NCBI RefSeq assembly: GCF_000355675.1
Contig: NC_020888.1
Span: forward strand, 1,730,883-1,754,882
Source: Thalassolituus oleivorans MIL-1
GTDB taxonomy: Bacteria > Pseudomonadota > Gammaproteobacteria > Pseudomonadales > Oceanobacteraceae
Direction of reading: 5' to 3'
DNA length: 24,000 nucleotides
The notes beneath the pieces were generated by a model. It was given only the letters and a program-made list of their open reading frames with translations, was not told the origin of the DNA and did no database searches. The position numbers and the translations under genes are program-made. Shown piece after piece: positions 17,337 to 24,000 of this stretch. How positions within the stretch are numbered: position 1 is the stretch's first letter; every line of letters starts with the position of its first letter.

Positions 17337-18169
17337 TAGTATTAGCTATTATTTGCTCATCTTCGGCATATGCCGAAGATGAGTATTACACTTGGATTGA
17401 TGCAGAAGGTCGCATCCATAATAGTGTTGTTCCTAAAGATACCTCAGCTGACAAATCTAGCGCGAAGAAAGATATGCCTGCGCCGGTTGTAGGTGGAGAT
17501 ATTCCAAAGTTGCCCGGCGACGATACTCAGTATTTATCGGAAGACGAGCTCAAAATTCAGCAAAAACAAGATTTAGAAGATAAGCCACCTTTTTATATTT
17601 GGATTGATGAGGCTGGTATTGTTCATACGGAGATGCGTCCCGAAGGTCTGGAAGACGAAGAGGAGGCGGCCCAGAGCGTTACCGAGAGTCATGATCATAT
17701 ATTTGCCCCACCATTTCGTTTAGATGAAAAGGTACAGGATGGCGCCTGCTGCAATATGTATGAGCAAGCATTTATTGATGCCCTGACACCCTTTAAATCT
17801 CGCATGTATCCTGATCCTGATTTGCTTATGCCGTTTGCATTGAAGCAAGGAGATCGTCCTGCTTGGTATGTGCGAATAGGTAAGGCGGGAAAGAAAACTT
17901 CCGGTCAGCGTTTTGTGGTTTTGCGTGTTCGAGGTGAGCCGGTAGAGGCGTCAATTATTGCTTTAAATAGTGATTTGAAGCCCCTTTATTTTGACAATAA
18001 ATTGGGTCTGCATGAGTATCCAGAGAATTGGCACAGTGTTGCTTATCAGGAGACTCGTATTTTGCTTGAGGATGCTGATGTGGCGGCCATGATTATTTAC
18101 CTCGAGGGCGCCACAACAAAAACCATGTCTTTAGAAGTTAAGTGGGCCGATGGAACATCACCCGATTAA
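17246..18169 (+). CDS. Periplasmic protein with two DUF4124-like motifs and an uncharacterised C-terminal domain
   Basis: Predicted signal ..HWRRWYQFPHQVLIVLAIICSSSAYA|ED. Twin motifs YYTWIDAEGRIHNSVVP and FYIWIDEAGIVHTEMRP match the Y.W.D..G..H pattern of DUF4124. The only canonical start in frame is ATG 17246, giving a 91-nt overlap with the upstream gene. Confidence 0.6.
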   Translation: MCCDQPVSRSGYRHQANHWRRWYQFPHQVLIVLAIICSSSAYAEDEYYTWIDAEGRIHNSVVPKDTSADKSSAKKDMPAPVVGGDIPKLPGDDTQYLSEDELKIQQKQDLEDKPPFYIWIDEAGIVHTEMRPEGLEDEEEAAQSVTESHDHIFAPPFRLDEKVQDGACCNMYEQAFIDALTPFKSRMYPDPDLLMPFALKQGDRPAWYVRIGKAGKKTSGQRFVVLRVRGEPVEASIIALNSDLKPLYFDNKLGLHEYPENWHSVAYQETRILLEDADVAAMIIYLEGATTKTMSLEVKWADGTSPD

Positions 18170-19019
18170 TATCCGCACGGCGGTAGCGGATACTCATGCC
18201 GCGTTATTGCAGTACCCGCACGAATCGAAAAAACATCGGCGTCTAGTTCTATTGCATGGTGCTGGCGTTGCCGGTGAGCTTACCTGGACCTTTATCGCCA
18301 ATTACTTGAGTGAGTGGGACGAGGTCTTAATTCCTGATTTGCCCGGTATGGGTGCTAGTAAATTTATAGGGCATAAGCCTTGGCCCGTAGTCGCCGATTA
18401 CGTGGAAGCAATTCGAGAGTTGTTAGTTGCTCTGGATTGGGATTGTTTTGATATTGCCGGGTATAGTTTTGGCGGCTTGGTGACGGCTGACTTGCTGGGT
18501 GATTTTACTATTGGGCATTGTTTTTTAATCGAGCCGGCGATGCTCTTTTCGGGTGATGCTGTTGAGCTACGGCAGCGTGGCGAGGAGTATATTCGCGTCG
18601 CGGAGCATATTGCTGAAGCGCCGGATGACAGTGTTCCTTTTTTTGAATTTCTAGATTTGGTATCACCTCACCGTTTAAAGCGCGGTCGCGCGGACGAAAT
18701 TACAGTGCAGCGCTTGATGGGCGAGTCGCAGGGTTTTGCTCAGGCGTTGCATGCTGTTAGTGATGCTTTGTTGCGTGGTGCTGGTATTTTTACCCGTTGG
18801 ATGCCTAAGGTTTCTGGCGCAAGCTTTGTTGGTGAGTTGAGCTATGCCTCCATGCATGGTCGTCATCGTTTGTTAGCCGAAAATGCGAATGACTGGACGT
18901 ACTACGCAGTCCCCAATGCTGATCACAGCTTGGTGTTTATGAAGCCGCGCTGGATTGCACGGCATATGAATGAGAGAGCTAGCTCTGAAGGCGGCGTTGC
19001 AGACCAGCCAGCGCCATAA
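18150..19019 (+). CDS. Alpha/beta-fold hydrolase (last gene of the operon)
   Basis: Oxyanion-hole region [11 protein letters not shown], nucleophile elbow GYSFGG and C-terminal His (NADHSLVF). It overlaps the upstream gene by 20 nt, suggesting translational coupling. Confidence 0.75.
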   Translation: MEHHPINIRTAVADTHAALLQYPHESKKHRRLVLLHGAGVAGELTWTFIANYLSEWDEVLIPDLPGMGASKFIGHKPWPVVADYVEAIRELLVALDWDCFDIAGYSFGGLVTADLLGDFTIGHCFLIEPAMLFSGDAVELRQRGEEYIRVAEHIAEAPDDSVPFFEFLDLVSPHRLKRGRADEITVQRLMGESQGFAQALHAVSDALLRGAGIFTRWMPKVSGASFVGELSYASMHGRHRLLAENANDWTYYAVPNADHSLVFMKPRWIARHMNERASSEGGVADQPAP

Positions 19020-19800
19020 TTCGCGTCGAAATTTCCTCAATGGATTTATCTGTAGTGCTAATTGATTGAATCTGTTCACGTTGATATAGCAGCTCCACCT
19101 CGTCCACTTCGTGATAACATTGCTTCAATGACGCATAGCGGCTGTTAGCTCGTCTTTCATTACGAATTGCAGATAGTCTATCGGGATCAATGGTTAAGCC
19201 AAATAACTTATGCTTGTGCATTTGTAAAAACGCCGGCAAAGATAAGTCTGCCATATCATCCTCTGTCAGAGGGTAATTGGCGGCTTTTATACCAAACTGC
19301 ATCGCCAAATAGAGGCAGGTTGGTGTTTTTCCTGATCGTGAGACCCCGATTAAAATGATGTCAGCTTCTTCATAATGCCGAGTCTTAGCACCATCATCGT
19401 TATCGAGCGCGAAGTTGACTGCGTCGATTCGACTGAGATAATTGGCCGAATCCGTCGGTGAGTGTGATTTGCCAACGGTATAGCACGAGTCGACGTTGAG
19501 TTCGCGCTCTAACGGAGCTAAAAACGCTGCAAATATGTCAACTTTGAATGCATCGGCAGTATCGATAATTGCGCGGATGTTTTTATCGACGATAGTGTCA
19601 AACACAATCGCAGATGACTCAGAGTCTATGGCAGCTTGATTTATTTTAGCCACGGCGGCCTCGGCCTTTTCAACTGAGTCGATGTAAGGCAGAGTGACGC
19701 GTTCAAATTGTATTTTATCAAACTGTGAAAGCAGGCTGTTGCCCAGAGTTTCAGCAGTGATGCCGGTACCGTCGGAAATAAAGTAGGCGTATCGCTTCAT
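18979..19800 (-). CDS. ppsR: Phosphoenolpyruvate synthase regulatory protein (PEP synthase kinase/pyrophosphorylase, DUF299)
   Basis: [27 protein letters not shown]... and the P-loop-like GVSRSGKTP match PpsR/YdiA. The gene is divergent from ppsA, the canonical arrangement. Confidence 0.9.
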   Translation of the reverse strand: MKRYAYFISDGTGITAETLGNSLLSQFDKIQFERVTLPYIDSVEKAEAAVAKINQAAIDSESSAIVFDTIVDKNIRAIIDTADAFKVDIFAAFLAPLERELNVDSCYTVGKSHSPTDSANYLSRIDAVNFALDNDDGAKTRHYEEADIILIGVSRSGKTPTCLYLAMQFGIKAANYPLTEDDMADLSLPAFLQMHKHKLFGLTIDPDRLSAIRNERRANSRYASLKQCYHEVDEVELLYQREQIQSISTTDKSIEEISTRIMALAGLQRRLQS

Positions 19801-19888
19801 ATGGAAATTTATCTGGTGTGCACTTAGTATTACGCAGTCGCCACTATAGGCGATTAGACCCCACGTTAAAAGGCAGAGGAGAAACGCG

Positions 19889-22258
19889 TTGACCGATTAC
19901 GTACTTAGGTTCGATCAGGTTTCCATTGAAGATGTTGAACGAGTGGGTGGCAAGAATGCATCTCTCGGGGAAATGATCAGTAATCTCACCAACGCTGGAG
20001 TATCGGTTCCAAACGGATTCGCCACAACTGCGGACGCCTATCGAGAGTTTTTAAGCTACGAAGGTCTGGATGGTCGAATTGCGCAGGCGCTTGCGGGTTT
20101 GGATGTTAACGATATTCCAGCGTTGACGACGACAGGCGAGCAAATACGCCAATGGATTCACGAAGCGCCATTACCTCCAGCATTAGAGGCCGCGGTGCGC
20201 AAAGCGCTGATTGAGCTGCAAGAAGGTAATGAAACGGTGGCCTTAGCGGTTCGCTCTTCCGCCACAGCAGAGGATTTACCCGACGCCTCATTTGCTGGTC
20301 AGCAAGAAACACACTTGAATATTGTTGGTGTTGAGAACGTTCTCCACGCAATTCGAGATGTATTTGCTTCTCTATTCAATGATCGCGCGATTGCTTATCG
20401 CGAGCATCAGGGGTTCGATCATCATAAAGTCGCATTATCCGCAGGCATTCAACGCATGGTACGCAGTGAGACAGCATCCAGCGGTGTGATGTTTACCCTT
20501 GATACAGAATCCGGCTTCGACCAAGTTGTATTCGTCACTTCATCCTATGGCTTAGGTGAAACCGTCGTACAAGGGGCTGTTAACCCCGATGAATTCTATG
20601 TTCATAAAGCCAACCTTGATGCTGGTCGGCCAGCGATATTGCGACGCAATTTAGGTGGCAAAGCGATTAAAATGGTGTACAGCGCGGATGCGTCAGTCGG
20701 CAACTCAGTTGAGACTCAGCGTGTCGATCGAGAATTGCGCCAAGTTTTTTCGGTAACAGATGCCGAGGCTGAAACGCTCGCTAAGCAAGCGATGATTATC
20801 GAGCGTCATTATGGCCGTCCAATGGATATCGAATGGGCGAAAGACGGTGACGATGGTCAACTTTATATCGTCCAAGCTCGTCCAGAGACGGTTAAAAGTC
20901 GCGCCAGTAAAACCGTTATGGAGCGTTACTTGTTGAAAGAAACAGGTAACGTTTTGGCAGAAGGTCGCAGCATTGGTCATCGTATTGGTAAGGGGCGTGT
21001 TCGTGTAGTCCGTAACATTGACGACATGGATATGGTGCAGGACGGCGAAGTTCTGGTTGCTGATATGACGGACCCTGATTGGGAGCCTGTAATGAAGCGC
21101 TCAGCGGCTATTGTTACTAACCGTGGTGGACGTACTTGTCATGCAGCGATTATCGCGCGCGAACTTGGCATCCCGGCAGTGGTTGGTTGCGAAGATGCGA
21201 CTGAAAAGCTCAAAGATGGCGATGAAGTAACAGTATCTTGCGCAGAGGGTGATACGGGGTTTGTCTACGAAGGCGCATTGGATTTTGACGTGCGTACGAA
21301 TAGCGTTGAATCCATGCCAGATCTTGATCTGAAAATTATGATGAACGTTGGCAATCCTGACCGTGCCTTCGACTTCCAATCCTTGCCAAATGCTGGCGTT
21401 GGTTTGGCGCGTTTGGAGTTCATTATTAACCGCATGATCGGCGTGCATCCTAAAGCGCTGCTGAACTTCGACCAGTTGCCCGATGAATTGCGTCCAACCG
21501 TTGAACGACGCATATCGGGCTATGCTGGCCCAGTTGAGTTTTACGTTGAGAAGCTGGTCGAGGGTATTTCGACTCTTGCAGCTGCATTCTGGCCAAAGCG
21601 AGTGATTGTTCGCTTGTCAGACTTCAAGTCGAACGAATACGCTAACCTCATTGGCGGTCGGTTATACGAGCCAGAGGAAGAAAACCCAATGCTGGGCTTC
21701 CGTGGTGCGTCTCGTTACATATCTAAAAACTTCCGCGATTGTTTCGAGCTTGAGTGCCGAGCTATGCGTAAAGTCCGCGACGAAATGGGTTTTACCAATG
21801 TCGAGATTATGGTGCCGTTTGTTCGCACTGTTGGCGAGGCTGAGCAGGTAGTCGAGCTGCTGGCTGAAAACGGTTTACGCCGCGGCGAGAATGGTTTGCG
21901 GTTGATCATGATGTGCGAGCTACCAGCTAATGCGATTTTGGCTGACAAGTTCCTAGAGCACTTCGATGGATTTTCAGTTGGATCGAACGATTTAACCCAG
22001 CTGACATTGGGGCTAGATCGCGACTCCGGTATTATTGCGCACTTATTTGACGAGCGTAACGAGGCGATTTTGGCCTTGTTGGAAAATGCCATTAACGCTT
22101 GTAAAAAAGCGGGCAAGTACATAGGTATTTGCGGTCAGGGCCCATCGGATCATCCTGATTTTGCTAAGTGGTTAATGGATCACGGAATCGACAGTATCTC
22201 ATTGAACCCAGATTCAGTTTTGGATACGTGGTTTTTTCTTGCAGGTAAGCAGGGCTAA
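19889..22258 (+). CDS. ppsA: Phosphoenolpyruvate synthase (pyruvate, water dikinase)
   Basis: 789 aa. Motifs seen: [11 protein letters not shown], the phosphohistidine domain [24 protein letters not shown], and the PEP-utilising C-terminal domain (GSNDLTQ). TTG start at 19889 preceded by AGAGGAG. Confidence 0.95.
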   Translation: MTDYVLRFDQVSIEDVERVGGKNASLGEMISNLTNAGVSVPNGFATTADAYREFLSYEGLDGRIAQALAGLDVNDIPALTTTGEQIRQWIHEAPLPPALEAAVRKALIELQEGNETVALAVRSSATAEDLPDASFAGQQETHLNIVGVENVLHAIRDVFASLFNDRAIAYREHQGFDHHKVALSAGIQRMVRSETASSGVMFTLDTESGFDQVVFVTSSYGLGETVVQGAVNPDEFYVHKANLDAGRPAILRRNLGGKAIKMVYSADASVGNSVETQRVDRELRQVFSVTDAEAETLAKQAMIIERHYGRPMDIEWAKDGDDGQLYIVQARPETVKSRASKTVMERYLLKETGNVLAEGRSIGHRIGKGRVRVVRNIDDMDMVQDGEVLVADMTDPDWEPVMKRSAAIVTNRGGRTCHAAIIARELGIPAVVGCEDATEKLKDGDEVTVSCAEGDTGFVYEGALDFDVRTNSVESMPDLDLKIMMNVGNPDRAFDFQSLPNAGVGLARLEFIINRMIGVHPKALLNFDQLPDELRPTVERRISGYAGPVEFYVEKLVEGISTLAAAFWPKRVIVRLSDFKSNEYANLIGGRLYEPEEENPMLGFRGASRYISKNFRDCFELECRAMRKVRDEMGFTNVEIMVPFVRTVGEAEQVVELLAENGLRRGENGLRLIMMCELPANAILADKFLEHFDGFSVGSNDLTQLTLGLDRDSGIIAHLFDERNEAILALLENAINACKKAGKYIGICGQGPSDHPDFAKWLMDHGIDSISLNPDSVLDTWFFLAGKQG

Positions 22259-23197
22259 ATGAAAAGCAGCAGCGAACTATTTCCGGTCTCTTTGCTAAAA
22301 GCAGATTGTGTCGGAGCTATCACGGAAGATACGTATTTGATCAAGCACAATCTTGATCCTGACCATAGTGTGCAAATCGCTATTTCTCGTCTCGGGCGTC
22401 AAGATGTCAGTCATTCCGGACTGCCGTTGATCTTAGTGCACGGTAGTTTCACCAATCGTGGCTTTTGGTTGTCACGAAGTGGTCAGGGCTTGGCTAGGTT
22501 TTTGTTGGATGAGGGCTTTGATGTATGGCTCTTGGAACATCGTGGACACGGCTTGTCGCCGCGTAACCAAGATTACGTGAATAACTCTGTTGAGCGTTAT
22601 GCCTTGTACGATTTGCCTGCTGCACAAGCCTTTGTTGCCGAACAAACTGGCAGAACGCCAGCTTGGATCGGACATTCACTGGGCGGTGGCATGATAGCCA
22701 CTGCACTGGCGGCGCGAGCGTTACCGCAAAAGCCTTCTGGTATTGTGCTCATTGGTTCTCAGATGGTAATGCGCCCTTGGTACTTGTGGTTTCCTGGCGT
22801 TGGTTTTGTGCTGCGTCGAATCGTCTCATTTCGTCAAGAATTGGATGGGCGTCAGTTGCGGATCGGTCCAGAAAATGAACCGGCCGGCGTTATTAACGAA
22901 TACTTGGCGCGCCAAGATTGGTTTGGTCGCTGGAAGGCGCAAGCAAAAGATTTGTTGCCGCTTTGGCGTTTGTCGTCAACACCCTTGCTCGGGCTATCTG
23001 GTGTTGCCGATACCACGGATCCTGCCAAATATTGCCAGCGTTTTTATCGCCAATACGGTGGTCCTAAAGAGGATGTTTTACTCAGTAAGGCTAACGGTTT
23101 TTCAGAAGACTATGGCCATATCGATATGGTGGTTAGTCGTCCAGCCGAAAAAGACGTATGGCCACTGATTTCGCGTTGGCTCAGTGCGTATGCCTGA
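22259..23197 (+). CDS. Alpha/beta-fold hydrolase (esterase/lipase-like)
   Basis: LILVHGSFTNRGFW, nucleophile elbow GHSLGG and C-terminal His (YGHIDMV). The ATG directly abuts the ppsA stop (TAAATG). As I recall, Pseudomonas has an esterase gene downstream of ppsA. Confidence 0.75.
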   Translation: MKSSSELFPVSLLKADCVGAITEDTYLIKHNLDPDHSVQIAISRLGRQDVSHSGLPLILVHGSFTNRGFWLSRSGQGLARFLLDEGFDVWLLEHRGHGLSPRNQDYVNNSVERYALYDLPAAQAFVAEQTGRTPAWIGHSLGGGMIATALAARALPQKPSGIVLIGSQMVMRPWYLWFPGVGFVLRRIVSFRQELDGRQLRIGPENEPAGVINEYLARQDWFGRWKAQAKDLLPLWRLSSTPLLGLSGVADTTDPAKYCQRFYRQYGGPKEDVLLSKANGFSEDYGHIDMVVSRPAEKDVWPLISRWLSAYA

Positions 23198-23834
23198 AGT
23201 GCAGGCTAAAACGGCGTTAATCGTTGGTGCTACGGGCTTGGTAGGTTCCCATCTACTGAGTCATTTAATTGAGTCGGATCGGTATCAACGCATTATCGTA
23301 TTAGCCCGTCGAGTAGAAAGTATCAAAGTTCACGAAAAGGTAATTGCTAAAACATTTGCGGCGCTTGATCGGCCAGCGATTGAGCATGTAGATGATTTTT
23401 ACTGCGCGCTAGGCACGACTCAAAAGGTATCGGGCAAGGCAGGGCTGCAGGTGGTCGATCATCATCTTGTTGTTCGCTGTGCGGAATGGGCAAGGGCAGC
23501 AGGTGCTAATGCTGCTGCTGTCGTGAGTGCGCTTGGCGCATCTGTCCGGTCATCATTTTTCTACAGTCGTGTAAAGGGCGAGATGGAAAAAGATGTAGAG
23601 GCCATTGGTTTTGATTCACTGATGTTTTGGCAGCCGTCCGTTATTTATGGAGCGCGTGAATCGAGCCGTCCAGTTGAGTGGTTGGCAGCCCGACTACTAA
23701 CTGTGAAGTGTTGGGGTACTTATCAATCGTTGCCGGGCGAAGCGGTTGCTCGGGCAATGGCAATGCAGACACCGCTAGCGCCTAACGGAATTTTTCGTTA
23801 TAACGTTGGCGATATTAATTCTCTTTTAAATTAA
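23184..23834 (+). CDS. NAD(P)H-binding Rossmann-fold protein (atypical SDR / HTATIP2-like oxidoreductase)
   Basis: N-terminal [15 protein letters not shown] (GxxGxxG). Length 216 aa. It overlaps the upstream stop by 14 nt; an alternative ATG lies at 23190. Confidence 0.6.
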   Translation: MRMPEVQAKTALIVGATGLVGSHLLSHLIESDRYQRIIVLARRVESIKVHEKVIAKTFAALDRPAIEHVDDFYCALGTTQKVSGKAGLQVVDHHLVVRCAEWARAAGANAAAVVSALGASVRSSFFYSRVKGEMEKDVEAIGFDSLMFWQPSVIYGARESSRPVEWLAARLLTVKCWGTYQSLPGEAVARAMAMQTPLAPNGIFRYNVGDINSLLN

Positions 23835-23844
23835 GGACTTACAT

Positions 23845-24000
23845 ATGAATCATTACCTAACTCCTGATCTATGTGATGAATACCCAGACCTAGTTCAAGT
23901 GGTTGAACCTATGTTCAATAATTATGGTTTACACGAATCCTTTGGTGGTGAAATTGTTACCGCTAAGTGCTTTGAAGATAACTCTAAAGTGAAAGAGTTG
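23845..24000 (+). CDS. rraA: Ribonuclease E activity regulator RraA (RraA/MenG family), N-terminal 52 aa; continues beyond the window
   Basis: AAGGA Shine-Dalgarno. [47 protein letters not shown] aligns with E. coli RraA (..TSELCDIY...[28 protein letters not shown]). The ORF is open to the right edge. Confidence 0.9.
   Translation, partial: MNHYLTPDLCDEYPDLVQVVEPMFNNYGLHESFGGEIVTAKCFEDNSKVKEL

Noticed and set aside
20106-22122. Several 81-135 aa ORFs inside ppsA on both strands (for example 21101-21448 minus and 21715-22122 minus)
   Set aside because: They are fully nested in a very confidently identified, uninterrupted 789-aa PpsA ORF. They are typical antisense or off-frame shadow ORFs.
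22472-23168. Alternative-frame ORFs within the second alpha/beta hydrolase gene (22472-22675 minus, 22494-22706 minus, 22663-22878 plus, 22800-23168 plus)
   Set aside because: They overlap a frame that carries clear hydrolase motifs (HGSFTN, GHSLGG). The alternative translations are Arg/Cys/Trp-rich and not protein-like.

Overview
This is a chromosomal window from a gammaproteobacterium. The housekeeping backbone resembles the gene order I recall from Pseudomonas: cysB, cysH, thrH, pabB ... ppsR, ppsA, esterase, rraA. That recollection, and the guess of a marine Pseudomonadales/Oceanospirillales-type host, are inferences, not searches. Almost all of the window is coding. I saw no rRNA, tRNA, CRISPR array, IS element or integrase. 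Left to right: the hrpA 3' part; an HvfABC-like MNIO RiPP cassette (EGKCG-repeat precursor, DUF692, DUF2063); mlaA; a DAHP synthase with an in-frame Cro-like N-terminal extension; a small HTH ORF missing from the ORF track; a TauE-family permease; cysB; Fe-S type cysH; thrH; pabB. Then comes a six-gene operon of secreted and outer-membrane proteins at 12635-19019, followed by ppsR, ppsA, an alpha/beta hydrolase, a NAD(P)-binding protein and the rraA 5' part. Two loci stand out. (1) The operon at 12635-19019 is my best candidate for an undescribed system. It encodes a codon-optimised, Arg- and Cys-free beta-rich secreted protein followed by tandem terminators, then a C39-like cysteine peptidase, two different outer-membrane beta-barrels, a twin DUF4124-motif periplasmic protein and an alpha/beta hydrolase. 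The architecture recalls Fap/curli-type fibre secretion, but the subunit is unrelated. (2) The cassette at 2707-4707 has a precursor carrying eight EGKCG motifs. The family was described only recently and this locus is uncharacterised. All calls come from reading the sequence and translations. No database search was run.
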